From assembly GCA_964369115.1 (NCBI GenBank), contig CAYJED010000001.1, positions 67,732-131,731 on the forward strand: a stretch of 64,000 nt of DNA. The letters are read 5' to 3'. Numbering within the stretch: the first letter of the stretch is position 1; every line of letters starts with the position of its first letter. The notes under the pieces are model-generated. The model did no database searches. It was not told where the DNA came from and saw only the letters and a program-made list of their open reading frames with translations. Positions 54,226-64,000 of the stretch are shown here, piece by piece. Origin of the DNA: an uncultured Candidatus Saccharibacteria bacterium. GTDB lineage: Bacteria > Patescibacteriota > Minisyncoccia > Phycocordibacterales > UBA5272. Made by a program: the position numbers and the translations under genes.

Positions 54226-55896
54226 ATGTTCTGTCAACTTTTAGCATTTGAACTACAGAGAATTGGTAAATTCTTTAAAGAGAGAACTCTTGCAAAGACT
54301 ATTACTTCTCTTTTATTTGTTCTTGTTTTCTTTTTTGTTGGCTCTACGTTGTATTTCTTTTTCTGGGCAGCTTTTAAGTATATTTCTATTGAAGCGGTTA
54401 TAGATATACGACATGCACTTACATTATTTATGTATGAAGCGTTACTCCTAGCTCTTCTTTTTTTAGGAATTGTAAGTGCAGCAATTTCGCTTTTGTTTAA
54501 TTTATTTAAAGGTGGATCTAATACGTGGATTATTTCTTCACCTTCATATAATGTGTTTCCAAAACTCCTCTTTGTTCGAAGTGTTGCGACGTCCTTTGTC
54601 CCTCTCTTTGTTGTATTTCTTCCAGCAATGCTTGCTTTTGTTAAAGTTAATAAAATCTCCCTTGTTGCTCTTCCTTCTATAATTCTTAGCTTGCTTCTTT
54701 TTATTGTTACGGTGAACGCTTTAACATTTATCTTTATAATTACGCTTAGCACCTTATATTACAAGGTTTTGAAGCATTTCTACCTCACCACAACACTTCC
54801 TGGTATTGTGACTCTCTTTGTTCTTTTTGTGATCGGTGTCACTGTTACTGTCTGGAAGTCTGTTGCCTCACTTGATTTTGTGACTCTCTTTAAGGCAGAC
54901 ACCTATACTGATATCTTGCCTACGGTTATGGTAAGTAAAGAATTCTTTTTCCTTCCAACACATCCACTCGCTCTTCATATAACAAGCTGGCAAACAGGTA
55001 ACACACAAAGCATGGTGCTTAGCTTCTTAACGCTCGCTCTTCTTACTGTGACAAGTCTCTTCCTTATGTTAAAAATTTCTCCACGTTTTTTCCAGTTATG
55101 GAAAGTCTTGCAAGAAGGACGAGGTCGTAGTACTAAAGTAAATTCTTCGCTTTTTTCTTCATATACATTTAGCGGAAGTCAGAATAGTATTTTATTTAAA
55201 AAAGAAATGCTTGTGTTTAGTCGTGATATGAGGGGGTTGCTTTGGTTCCTTTTCCTTCTTTTTATTTGGGTGCTTCAAATAGGTGCAAATCTTGTTATTG
55301 GAAATAATATAGGGAGGTATCAGCCAGATCTTATAAGTAAAATTGCGATACTACAGACCATACAGTTTATTATCGCTATTTACTTTATTAGCTCCTTTAC
55401 ACTTCGTTTCCCCTTCCCTTCCTTTAGTGTTGAGAAAAGAACCGGATGGATATTTGGAACCGCTCCACTTAATATGCGTACCATTTTCCTTGGGAAATAT
55501 ATCTTTTACACTACTTTTTTTGTAGCAATAGGATTTCTCATGAGTAACTTAAATAGTATTGTTCTTTCTCTTACGGCCATACAGGCAACTGCTGCTACAA
55601 CGCTTCTTGTTGTAAGTACACTATTTATTGTTACTGTGGGGCTTTGTGCAGGTTTTATTTGGAAGAGTAAAGAAAGTGATGACCCAGAAACTGTCACCAC
55701 AAGTATGCCAGGTCTTTTCTTTACAGCTTTCTCTCTTTTGTACGGGGCAGTTGGCTCTTACACTCTTTATCTTTTTACAAAAGATGGAGCAGTCTCACAC
55801 ATTTCATTCTTTCTCTTTGGAAGTCTCACTCTTGGATCTGCTCTTCTTCTCTTTGTAATAAGAAAAATTACAAAAGTAAAATTTTTGGAAGCCTAA
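54226..55896 (+). CDS. ABC transporter permease-like polytopic membrane protein
   Basis: More than 12 hydrophobic segments. Immediately downstream of the ATPase gene. No specific family recognised. Confidence 0.55.
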   Translation: MFCQLLAFELQRIGKFFKERTLAKTITSLLFVLVFFFVGSTLYFFFWAAFKYISIEAVIDIRHALTLFMYEALLLALLFLGIVSAAISLLFNLFKGGSNTWIISSPSYNVFPKLLFVRSVATSFVPLFVVFLPAMLAFVKVNKISLVALPSIILSLLLFIVTVNALTFIFIITLSTLYYKVLKHFYLTTTLPGIVTLFVLFVIGVTVTVWKSVASLDFVTLFKADTYTDILPTVMVSKEFFFLPTHPLALHITSWQTGNTQSMVLSFLTLALLTVTSLFLMLKISPRFFQLWKVLQEGRGRSTKVNSSLFSSYTFSGSQNSILFKKEMLVFSRDMRGLLWFLFLLFIWVLQIGANLVIGNNIGRYQPDLISKIAILQTIQFIIAIYFISSFTLRFPFPSFSVEKRTGWIFGTAPLNMRTIFLGKYIFYTTFFVAIGFLMSNLNSIVLSLTAIQATAATTLLVVSTLFIVTVGLCAGFIWKSKESDDPETVTTSMPGLFFTAFSLLYGAVGSYTLYLFTKDGAVSHISFFLFGSLTLGSALLLFVIRKITKVKFLEA

Positions 55897-55951
55897 TAAA
55901 CAAATAGAACAAAAGCTTGATTGATTTTTCTTAGCATGCTAAGATTTCGAC

Positions 55952-56425
55952 ATGAAATCGTCTGATGAAGCTCACAGTGTGTGCAAAAAAGACTCCTTTG
56001 ATGGGAGTCTTATGCATACCGTACATACGCTTTATTTTCTTGTACAAAAAAGACTTCAAGAAAAACTTTCGTCTTCCCCTATTTCTTTTTCACAGTTTCT
56101 TGTTCTTGCGGGTTTTTCTTGTTATGGAGATACGCCTGTAAAACAGGTGTCTCTTGCTGAAAGCTTGCTCCTTACTGAAGCAACATTAAGTAGACACATT
56201 AAAGTTTTAAGTGAAAAAGGCCTTCTCATTAAAAGAAAAGATGAAGACAATAAAAAGCTTTCGATGCTTAAATTAAGCGAAAAAGGAAAACGTATTTTTG
56301 AAAAAACTCTTAGTATTGTTAATAAAGAGCTGGAACACTACTTCTCACCTCTTTCACAAGAAGAAAAAGAAAAAGTGATACTGCTTTTCTCCACCACAAT
56401 AATTTTTCTCCATAAGAAAGAATGA
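55952..56425 (+). CDS. MarR-family transcriptional regulator
   Basis: Winged HTH region LAESLLLTEATLSRHIKVLSEKGLLIKRKDEDNKKLSMLKLSEKG. Confidence 0.75.
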   Translation: MKSSDEAHSVCKKDSFDGSLMHTVHTLYFLVQKRLQEKLSSSPISFSQFLVLAGFSCYGDTPVKQVSLAESLLLTEATLSRHIKVLSEKGLLIKRKDEDNKKLSMLKLSEKGKRIFEKTLSIVNKELEHYFSPLSQEEKEKVILLFSTTIIFLHKKE

Positions 56426-58125
56426 TCCGGTTATGGAAGATTGTGCTGCATTACTTACTAATTACTACCACCATGAATCAACACTTTAAAAAAAGTATTA
56501 CTCTTATTAAAGAAATTTATACTAGGCTTAAAAAAATTATTCACGAATATAGTGTCTGGTACAAAGAACAGTCACGTAAAAAGCAAAGTATCATCGTTCT
56601 ACTTGCTTTAGTTGTGTTTATCATTATTTTAAAAATGTTATTTGGTGGATCTTCAGAAGTAAAAGAAGAAGAAAAAACTGTTCGAGAGGTAGAAGTTGCG
56701 TCACTTACATCTCTTTCTGGTAATGAAAATAGTCTTCTACTTGTTGGTAATGTTACTTCTCTTAGTGAAGCGACAATTCGTGCAGAAACAAGTGGTCGCC
56801 TTACTCGGGTATATAGAAAGCTTGGTGACACTGTAGTTGCTGGTCAAACTATTGCTGAGTTTGAAAACAGTGGTGAACGCGCTTCAGTGCTTCAAGCGGA
56901 AGGTGCATACGAACAAGTAAAAGCAGGAAGAGATATCGCTCTCCTTAATAGTGGTCAAGCGGGAAGCAGTCTCTCAGAAATAAAAAACCAAGCACTGAGT
57001 GCTATCTCGGGCTCATACAGTACGCTTGATGATGCTATACGAGGAAAGACTGATCAGGCATACTCTGACCCAACATTTGAACAGCTAAAGCTTCTTCTTT
57101 TTGTTCCTGACGCAACACTCTCTATCTCTCTTGAATCAAAACGTAAAGCAATTGAGATGCTTCTTAAAAAGCGTGCAGAAAAAAATAAAACTCTCACCGA
57201 ATCAAGCGATTTTGTGTCTGAGCTTACCTTAGTACAAAATGAACTTGAGACTGTTAAAGTATACCTTGATGATCTTTTTAGTGCATATAGTAAAGCTCTT
57301 CCAAATAATAATTTTACACAAAGTACGTTAGATACTAATAAGCTTAGTGTTCAAGCTGCTCGACAAGCAGTTATTGGAAGTCTTAATTCTATTGCTTCTA
57401 CTCGTCTATCTCTCTCTCAAAGCATTACAGCAAGTAAGGTTGCTGGAAGCGGTCAAACAGAAAAATCTGGATCTATACTTTCTGCTGAAGCTCAAGTAAA
57501 ACAAGCTTTGGGAGCATATAATGCAGCACTTTCTCGTCTTGAAAAAACAATTATTCGAAGCCCGATTACAGGAACACTTAATTCTCTTAGTATTCAAACA
57601 GGTGATTATGTAAGTAGTTTTACACAAGTTGCAGTTGTCTCTAATAACGGATCACTTGAAATTGTTTCTTTTGTTACAGAAGATGACGCTCGTCGTATTA
57701 AGCCATTTAATGAAGTGCTTATTAATGGTACCTATCCTGGTGTTGTGTCGCGTATTGCGTCAGCACTCGATCCTGTTACAAAGAAAATAGAAGTTCGTGT
57801 TTCTCTTAAAGAAAGAACTTCTACGCTTGTAAACGGCCAGTCAGTGCGAGTAAAAATTATTGGTTCAAAAAATGAAAACATAGCAGGTATTAAAAAAGAT
57901 ACCCCTCTTATTATTCCAATTGCTGCTCTTAAGCTTACCCCACGTGGAGCAAATGTATTTACAGTAAGCACCACAAGCACTCTTATTGCTGTTCCAGTTA
58001 AAGAAGGTGCTATTTTGGGTGACCAAATTCAAATCCTTGAAGGACTGGCTGGTGATGAAATTCTTGTAAAAGATGCCCGCGGCCTTAAGGAAGGAATGCA
58101 GGTTTCTGTTAAGGAAGAAAAATAA
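56422..58125 (+). CDS. Efflux RND periplasmic adaptor (membrane fusion protein, HlyD family)
   Basis: N-terminal TM, coiled-coil hairpin region, lipoyl/beta-barrel motifs (RSPITGTLNSLSIQTGDYVS). Overlaps the marR stop and precedes the RND pump. Confidence 0.8.
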   Translation: MIRLWKIVLHYLLITTTMNQHFKKSITLIKEIYTRLKKIIHEYSVWYKEQSRKKQSIIVLLALVVFIIILKMLFGGSSEVKEEEKTVREVEVASLTSLSGNENSLLLVGNVTSLSEATIRAETSGRLTRVYRKLGDTVVAGQTIAEFENSGERASVLQAEGAYEQVKAGRDIALLNSGQAGSSLSEIKNQALSAISGSYSTLDDAIRGKTDQAYSDPTFEQLKLLLFVPDATLSISLESKRKAIEMLLKKRAEKNKTLTESSDFVSELTLVQNELETVKVYLDDLFSAYSKALPNNNFTQSTLDTNKLSVQAARQAVIGSLNSIASTRLSLSQSITASKVAGSGQTEKSGSILSAEAQVKQALGAYNAALSRLEKTIIRSPITGTLNSLSIQTGDYVSSFTQVAVVSNNGSLEIVSFVTEDDARRIKPFNEVLINGTYPGVVSRIASALDPVTKKIEVRVSLKERTSTLVNGQSVRVKIIGSKNENIAGIKKDTPLIIPIAALKLTPRGANVFTVSTTSTLIAVPVKEGAILGDQIQILEGLAGDEILVKDARGLKEGMQVSVKEEK

Positions 58126-58140
58126 TTTAACTTACCTCGT

Positions 58141-61100
58141 ATGCAATCATTTTGGATTTTCTTTCTTAAAAAAAGAGCCTTTACCTATATGGTTATGGTG
58201 TCACTTATTGTGACTGGTTTTTATTCACTTCTTGCTATTCCAAAAGAGTCTGCACCTGAAGTGATTGTCCCTGTTGGAATTGTGACCACAGTTCTTCGTG
58301 GTGGAAGTGGTGAAGATGTTGAAAAGCTTGTTACAAATAAACTTGAACAAGAAATTATAAATGCAGAAAATATCGATAAAGTTACTTCATCTTCTCAGGA
58401 AGGTGTGTCGGTTATTACAGCTCAATTTAATGCATCAGCTGATATAGATGAGTCAATTCAAGCACTTAAAGACGCGGTCGATAAAGCAAAAGGTGAGCTT
58501 CCAGCTGACGCTGAAGAACCTTTTGTAACAAAGATTAATTTCTCAGAACAACCAATTCTTGTTCTTTCTATTTCCTCAGATATTTCACCAAAAGGGCTTA
58601 CTATTTTAGGTGATGATCTTGAAAAAGAACTAAAGAAAGTTAAAGGAGCAAGCGATGTTTCTATCTCTGGGGTACGTAAACGTGAAGCGCAGGTAGTTAT
58701 TAGAAAAGACAAGCTTGCAAATTATGGCCTGTCCCTTAATCAAGTAATTGGGGCTCTTCAGTCTGCAAATGCATCCTTCCCTATCGGAAACATTACTGTA
58801 AGCAACATTGATTACCCTATTAAGTTTTCTGGATCAATTGAGGATCCGATAGAAATACCTGAAATAAGTCTTACTGCACAAAATGGAACACTTGTATACT
58901 TGCGTGATATTGCATTTATTACAGATGGTCTTGAAGCACCTAAAACCTTTTCTCGCATTTCAGTCGATTCAGAACCTTCGGAAAACGCTCTCACCTTAAA
59001 CATTTTTAAAAAATCAGGAAGCGATATTACAGAAGTTGGAAAAGAAGTTAAGGCAAAAATAGAAGAACTTAAAGGTTCACTTCTTCTTGGGGCTAATGTT
59101 GTTGTTTCTTTTGATGGAGCAAGTGATGTAGAAAAAGATTTAAAGAAACTTACTCGTGTTGGCATGGAAACAGTGCTTCTTGTGATGCTTGTACTTTTCC
59201 TTACTATTGGGTGGCGTGAATCTATTGTAGCCGGACTCTCTATTCCGCTCTCATTTGTAATTGCATTTATTGGGCTTTATATTTCTGGAAATACAATTAA
59301 CTTCATTTCGCTCTTCTCACTTATTTTAGCTATTGGAATTCTTGTTGATTCGGGAATTGTGGTAGCTGAAGCAATTCATACGCGATTTAAAAAATACGGA
59401 GATATTGAAGAGGCAGCAAGAGCTTCTCTTAAGGAGTATGCTTGGCCTCTTATTGCAGGAACAATGACTACGGTAGCCGTGTTTGCTCCCCTCTTTTTCC
59501 TTTCTGGTGTTACGGGGCAATTTATTTCTTCTATTCCATTTACAATTATCTTTGTTCTCATCGCTTCAATTTTCGTAGCTCTTGGTATGGTGCCTCTCTT
59601 AGCAATTCTCTTAAGTAAAAGAGAAGAAAAAGAAAGTAAATTTACAGAGCTCCAGGAGCACTGGTTTATGAAATCACAAATATGGTACAAGACATTTTTG
59701 AGTGGAATGCTTAAAAGTAAAAAGAAACAGGATCGCTTTTTAAACAGTCTTGCTGTCGGGTTTATTATCTCCATACTTCTCCCTGTAACAGGACTTCTTA
59801 AAGTACAGTTCTTCCCTCAGGATGATCAGTCGTTTGTGTATGTAAGTATTGAGAAGCCTCAAGGTACACCTCTTACAGAAACAGATAAATCTGTTCGTGA
59901 AGTAGAGGAGCTTCTTTATGAAGAAGAGTATGTCACTTCTTTTGTAACTACTGTTGGAGCATCATCTGCATTCTCTGGAAACGGTTCAAGTGGTGGAGGT
60001 AAGCTTGCAAATATTACTGTTCTACTTACTGATGAGCGAGAAAAAACCTCTTCAGAGATTATGGATGATTTAAGAAAGAAGTTATCTGTAGTAAAAAGTG
60101 CTACGGTAAAAGTTGAGCAAGGAAACAGTGGACCACCAACTGGTGCACCGGTGGTTATCACCTTTAAAGGGGATGACATGGAAGCGCTTTCTCTCCTTGC
60201 CGATCAGGCAGAAAGAATACTCACAAGTATTCCTCTTGCGCGAGATGTGGAAACATCTCTTCGTGATAATGGTACTCAGTTTGAGCTCATTATCGACAGA
60301 GCAAAAGCGTCTCAGTATGGAATTACCGCTGCTCAAGTTGCACAAACTCTTCGTATTGCGGTTTCTGGAAGTATTGCTACTACCATTAAAAAACAAGGTG
60401 AAGACATCGATATCTTGGTTAAAACAGATCTTAATCCAAACTTCATAAATCCAGAAGATACCATCAAGACAACAATTGATGCGCTTAACCAGCTCACTAT
60501 TGAAACCCCTTCTGGGTCTGTGCTCCTTGGGTCTCTTGTAAAAGTAAAACTTTCAGAAAGTAGAGCTGTTATAGAGCATGAGGAAGGTAAACGTATCGCA
60601 CGAGTAACTTCTCAGCTTTCTCTTGGTGCAACCGCAATTGAAGTTGTTCAAGAGTTCAAGAAAAGAGAAAAAGAGCTCACTATCCCGTCCGGAGTTGAAA
60701 TTAAGTATGGTGGAGAAAATGAAGAAGTAGAAAAGACATTTAAAGAAATGTTCCTTGCTCTCATTGTCGGAATGGTGGGCATGCTTGCAATTCTTGTACT
60801 TGAATTTAATTCATTTAGATTCTCATTCTACCTCCTCTTTACTATTCCTCTCTCACTTATTGGAGTGCTCAGCGGTCTTACTATCACTGGTCAGGCGTTG
60901 TCATTTTCTTCCATGCTCGGACTTATTGCTCTTGCTGGTGTGATTATTAATCACGCTATTATTCTTCTCGACTCAATACTGCGTCGCCTTGAAGAAGAGA
61001 AAACAAAAGACGTGCATGCTGATCTTCATGATGTGATTGTGGAATCATCGGCAATTCGACTTCGTCCAATTGCGCTTACTACAATTACTACTGTTGTAGG

Positions 61101-61272
61101 TATGATTCCGCTCGCTGGAGTATCAGCACTATGGGGACCACTTGCATTTGCTATTATGTTTGGACTAACGTTTGCAATGATTCTTACTCTTGTACTTATC
61201 CCTATGTTTTTCTACAGGTACCCAGGTAAATATAAGCATTTGAAACAACCAGAAGATCTTACTCAATTCTAA
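58141..61272 (+). CDS. RND efflux transporter (AcrB/HAE1-like permease)
   Basis: 1043 aa, 12 TM helices with two large periplasmic loops, and the typical N-terminal MxxFFIxRPxFAxVLxL-like start (FFLKKRAFTYMVMVSLIVTGF). Confidence 0.9.
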   Translation: MQSFWIFFLKKRAFTYMVMVSLIVTGFYSLLAIPKESAPEVIVPVGIVTTVLRGGSGEDVEKLVTNKLEQEIINAENIDKVTSSSQEGVSVITAQFNASADIDESIQALKDAVDKAKGELPADAEEPFVTKINFSEQPILVLSISSDISPKGLTILGDDLEKELKKVKGASDVSISGVRKREAQVVIRKDKLANYGLSLNQVIGALQSANASFPIGNITVSNIDYPIKFSGSIEDPIEIPEISLTAQNGTLVYLRDIAFITDGLEAPKTFSRISVDSEPSENALTLNIFKKSGSDITEVGKEVKAKIEELKGSLLLGANVVVSFDGASDVEKDLKKLTRVGMETVLLVMLVLFLTIGWRESIVAGLSIPLSFVIAFIGLYISGNTINFISLFSLILAIGILVDSGIVVAEAIHTRFKKYGDIEEAARASLKEYAWPLIAGTMTTVAVFAPLFFLSGVTGQFISSIPFTIIFVLIASIFVALGMVPLLAILLSKREEKESKFTELQEHWFMKSQIWYKTFLSGMLKSKKKQDRFLNSLAVGFIISILLPVTGLLKVQFFPQDDQSFVYVSIEKPQGTPLTETDKSVREVEELLYEEEYVTSFVTTVGASSAFSGNGSSGGGKLANITVLLTDEREKTSSEIMDDLRKKLSVVKSATVKVEQGNSGPPTGAPVVITFKGDDMEALSLLADQAERILTSIPLARDVETSLRDNGTQFELIIDRAKASQYGITAAQVAQTLRIAVSGSIATTIKKQGEDIDILVKTDLNPNFINPEDTIKTTIDALNQLTIETPSGSVLLGSLVKVKLSESRAVIEHEEGKRIARVTSQLSLGATAIEVVQEFKKREKELTIPSGVEIKYGGENEEVEKTFKEMFLALIVGMVGMLAILVLEFNSFRFSFYLLFTIPLSLIGVLSGLTITGQALSFSSMLGLIALAGVIINHAIILLDSILRRLEEEKTKDVHADLHDVIVESSAIRLRPIALTTITTVVGMIPLAGVSALWGPLAFAIMFGLTFAMILTLVLIPMFFYRYPGKYKHLKQPEDLTQF

Positions 61273-61274
61273 AA

Positions 61275-61312
61275 ACAAAAAGACCGTAGATATCTACGGT
61301 CTTTTTGTTTTT
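61275..61312 (+). terminator. Rho-independent terminator after the RND operon
   Basis: aaaagaccgtagat-atc-tacggtcttttt hairpin followed by gttttt. Confidence 0.6.
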
Positions 61313-61360
61313 AGATGATTAAACTTACGTTATACTATCTTCAAATCTAGTAAGCATTTT

Positions 61361-62017
61361 ATGCAAAAAGAAAATACTTTCTTATCTTCTAAAAATCTTT
61401 TCAGGTGCGGTGCACTCATTTTTGTTCTTCTTATAAGCTATTCTTATTTTGCAGATATACGTTCCGAATATAACAGCATAAACTCTTTTGAAGAATGTAA
61501 AAAGGGAGGTTACCCCATTATGGAAAGTTATCCTGAGGTATGTAAAATGCCCGGAAAGCAGTTTGTGAATGAAGAGCAAGTAAAGCATATAGAAAAAGAA
61601 AATAGGCAGGCTCGTTTACATGAAGACACTTCTTTTATTTCTGGAAACTATTTTTTGGATGGAGAACGTATTTACTTTCATGGCGGTGTAGCAACAACTT
61701 CTTTAAAAAGTATTGAAAAATTAATTATCGCAACATCCTCATACAAAAAAGCAGACATTACAAAAGATACTACTCTTGATACAGTTTTCTTGGTTAAGGC
61801 TTATGATAAGCGGGAGATTGTAACAGGTCTATATCTAGGTGTTGCTATAGGTCTTTCAGAAGGACAAACAGGATTAAGTCTTCGCTTCCTTTCAAAAGAT
61901 GCTTCGTACTCTCTTTCTTCTATTACTCGTGATACTATTACTCTTACAAATACTCTAAGCAGTTCTACATTACGAAAATTTACTATCATTAATAACGCTA
62001 TAGAAGAAATCAAATAA
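61361..62017 (+). CDS. Hypothetical membrane-anchored/secreted protein (218 aa)
   Basis: N-terminal hydrophobic anchor (CGALIFVLLISYSYF). No known motif. Confidence 0.45.
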   Translation: MQKENTFLSSKNLFRCGALIFVLLISYSYFADIRSEYNSINSFEECKKGGYPIMESYPEVCKMPGKQFVNEEQVKHIEKENRQARLHEDTSFISGNYFLDGERIYFHGGVATTSLKSIEKLIIATSSYKKADITKDTTLDTVFLVKAYDKREIVTGLYLGVAIGLSEGQTGLSLRFLSKDASYSLSSITRDTITLTNTLSSSTLRKFTIINNAIEEIK

Positions 62018-62034
62018 TTACTTTTAATTACTTT

Positions 62035-62283
62035 ATGCACGCAGCTCGTAAAATTCTCCACATTATTGCAGCAATTATACTTCTTACCCTTGGTCTTTTT
62101 GGGCTTGTACTTCCTATTTTAAATGGAATAGTACTTCTTATCCTCGGACTTATTCTTCTTTCATTTGAAAGTAGGTATGTAGAGCGAAAGCTTTTTTTAC
62201 TTACACAAAAGAATGCTCTTCTTCATAAGTGGCATGTATATTTAGAAAAAAAGATGCGAGAAGTTTTTAGAGTAGAGAAATAA
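62035..62283 (+). CDS. Small inner-membrane protein (YbaN/DUF454-like)
   Basis: 82 aa with two TM helices (ILHIIAAIILLTLGLFGLVLPILNGIVLLILGLILL), resembling the PGPGW/YbaN family. Confidence 0.45.
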   Translation: MHAARKILHIIAAIILLTLGLFGLVLPILNGIVLLILGLILLSFESRYVERKLFLLTQKNALLHKWHVYLEKKMREVFRVEK

Positions 62284-62285
62284 AA

Positions 62286-62846
62286 CTACTCAAGAGGTGC
62301 TTCAGATTCATTTCCAATATTTACTTGAGCTTCCTCAGAAAGATCATTCTCTACAGAAGTACCCGAAGATGAAGTTGATTCATCTGTTTTTTCTGAAGAA
62401 CGTATAAAGAGTGGATCTTCCATTCCTTTAAATAGATTTTTCTGATTAGAAAATCCAGTGATTTGCATACTGCTTATTTTCTTTGCGGTAAGCGATCTTG
62501 GATAACCGCCAAGTTCTGGATCTGTCTTTTGTAGAATAAACACAATAGCACCGTCTTTTCCTATACCCCAAGTACCCTGCCCCAAGCTTACATCTTGACC
62601 GTTAATGGTCGCACTAAAATCAAGAGTCGTATCTTCTTCAAGAATAAGGCGTGTCGTATACTCGCACCCCTTTTTACATTCATAGTATCCAGAAAAAACT
62701 GAAAGAGCAGAAACTCCGAAGCTTTTACCCTTTGCTCCTTGAGAAATTCCTTGTGCTACAAGGTCAGTTGCTCCTGCGTTTTTAAAATAATACCCCGCTC
62801 CACCAATGAGGAGCAAGGTAACAAATATAATGAGACCTTTATACAT
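62286..62846 (-). CDS. Hypothetical membrane-anchored secreted protein
   Basis: ORF with start taken at MYKGLIIFVTLLLIGGAGYYF (signal anchor). Acidic S/T-rich C-terminus. Confidence 0.45.
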   Translation of the reverse strand: MYKGLIIFVTLLLIGGAGYYFKNAGATDLVAQGISQGAKGKSFGVSALSVFSGYYECKKGCEYTTRLILEEDTTLDFSATINGQDVSLGQGTWGIGKDGAIVFILQKTDPELGGYPRSLTAKKISSMQITGFSNQKNLFKGMEDPLFIRSSEKTDESTSSSGTSVENDLSEEAQVNIGNESEAPLE

Positions 62847-63024
62847 AACTGTAGGTAAGTATACTCCATAGCCCCCTCCTTTCTCTAGTGGAAAAGCTCT
62901 TTCTCTCAAAGTAAGGTATATGCATTTTGCCTTAGGTGTGGTATAATATACGTATCTACAAAGGCCTCGCTGGCCATTTATTGTTTCTATTTTTATTGTC
63001 TTTTTAAGTTTAAACGTATTTTAT

Positions 63025-64000
63025 ATGGCATTTGAAAAACAAATTCCTCAAGCCGGTGAAGCTGTTCTTCGTTTCGAAGATGTGTGTTTTAATTACGGTG
63101 AAAATAAGCCGATCTTATTTGAAACCAACTTTGTGGTGCGTCGTGGTGCAAAGCTTACCTTGATGGGTCAGAATGGTGCTGGTAAATCAACGCTTTTTTC
63201 TATGATTATGGGGGAGCTTCAAATAGAAGAAGGTCGTATTATTTTAGGGCAAGGACTTAAAGTTGCGATTGCAAAGCAGTTTATACCACACACTAAATGG
63301 TCTCTTGCTGTAAGAGATTTTCTTCAAGAAGGGTTTAAAGAAAAGGTGTACGATATCGACAAACGTGCAGTAAGTGTTTTTGAGCAAGTTGCACTTAACG
63401 TTCCTCTTGATCGTCCTATAAAAGACCTCTCTGGAGGCCAGAAAGGGCGTCTCCTTATTGCGCAAGCACTCATTCAGGAACCAGACATCCTCCTTCTTGA
63501 TGAACCTACCAACAATCTCGATAAAGCGGGTATTCAACTTCTTACAGATTTTATGAAGGAGTATACAAAGACAGTAATTGTGATTTCTCACGACGCTGAC
63601 TTCCTTAATGCCTTCACTCATGGGGTTCTCTATGTAAACACCCAAACCTACCAGGTAGAACAGTATGTAGGTAACTACTTTAAGGTAGTAGAAGAAATTA
63701 AGCGCGCTGTAGAAAAAGCAGAACGTGCAAATGCTCAACTTGAAAAAGAAATTCAAAACAATAAAGACAAAGTAAACTTCTTTGCGCTTAAAGGAGGAAA
63801 AATGCGTAAACTTGCAGCTAAACTTAAAGATGAAGTTGAGGAGCTTGAGGAAAGTAAGGTGGAAGTACGTAAAGAAGATCGCACCATTAGACCCTTTACT
63901 ATCCCCTGCCAAGAAGATATCGGAAGTGTGATTGTGGAATTTTCTTCAGTTGAAGTGCTTCATGATGGCAAACCTGTTAAGCGTAACGTTTCAGTTGAGC
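63025..64000 (+). CDS. ABC-F family ATPase (two-ABC-domain translation factor-like), 3' end cut by window
   Basis: Manual translation from ATG 63025: Walker A GQNGAGKST, signature LSGGQKGRL, Walker B LLLDEPTNNLD, H-loop SHD, then a charged linker (KAERANAQLEKE...). The antisense track ORF 63244..63912 was rejected. Confidence 0.8.
   Translation, partial: MAFEKQIPQAGEAVLRFEDVCFNYGENKPILFETNFVVRRGAKLTLMGQNGAGKSTLFSMIMGELQIEEGRIILGQGLKVAIAKQFIPHTKWSLAVRDFLQEGFKEKVYDIDKRAVSVFEQVALNVPLDRPIKDLSGGQKGRLLIAQALIQEPDILLLDEPTNNLDKAGIQLLTDFMKEYTKTVIVISHDADFLNAFTHGVLYVNTQTYQVEQYVGNYFKVVEEIKRAVEKAERANAQLEKEIQNNKDKVNFFALKGGKMRKLAAKLKDEVEELEESKVEVRKEDRTIRPFTIPCQEDIGSVIVEFSSVEVLHDGKPVKRNVSVE

Noticed and set aside
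63244-63912. 222-aa minus-strand ORF
   Set aside because: Antisense to a clear ABC-F ATPase gene (63025 to window end) and translates to F/K/L-rich low-complexity sequence.
1-64000. rRNA genes
   Set aside because: No stretch with rRNA-like conserved motifs or an extended GC-rich ORF-free region of appropriate length was seen.

Overview
This window is a low-GC bacterial chromosome segment with small, tightly packed genes. AspRS lacks the GAD domain, ProRS lacks the INS domain, and the PriA and HolB homologues are degenerate; this minimalism is reminiscent of small-genome, Patescibacteria-like lineages, but that is inference only.

Core region (1-32.6 kb) carries housekeeping genes: dnaK (5' partial) and dnaJ; trpS, aspS, gltX and proS; scpA and scpB; a cell-wall block (D-Ala-D-Ala carboxypeptidase, mraY, ftsW, murG, an M23 peptidase); rseP, frr, mreB, a priA-like gene, def, fmt, a cyclophilin and hpf; a sodium:solute symporter (SSF) transporter, an MscS-like channel and a GH18 hydrolase.

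Accessory island (32.8-49.6 kb): a tRNA-Asn(GTT) at 32822-32893 is followed immediately by this region. It contains a large serine recombinase, a non-coding tandem structured-repeat array, a long nested inverted repeat, a Fic toxin-like gene, and a complete type I R-M system. The R-M system reads hsdM, then a Zn-ribbon/coiled-coil/putative nuclease gene, hsdS, an unknown gene, hsdR. Downstream lie two or three small cassette-like islets. Each islet ends in a direct repeat of the 19-nt tRNA 3' end preceded by a covariation-supported structured arm, and the islets carry decayed genes.

Distal region (50.3-64 kb): an SPFH protein; a PPTase-ACP-acyltransferase-GDSL cluster; an ABC transporter; a marR plus RND efflux operon; and a 3'-truncated ABC-F gene.

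Other oddities: a G8 homopolymer frameshifts a secreted Cys-rich protein gene, and a 1.1-kb ORF-free AT-rich gap sits between convergent genes. No rRNA or CRISPR-Cas was found.
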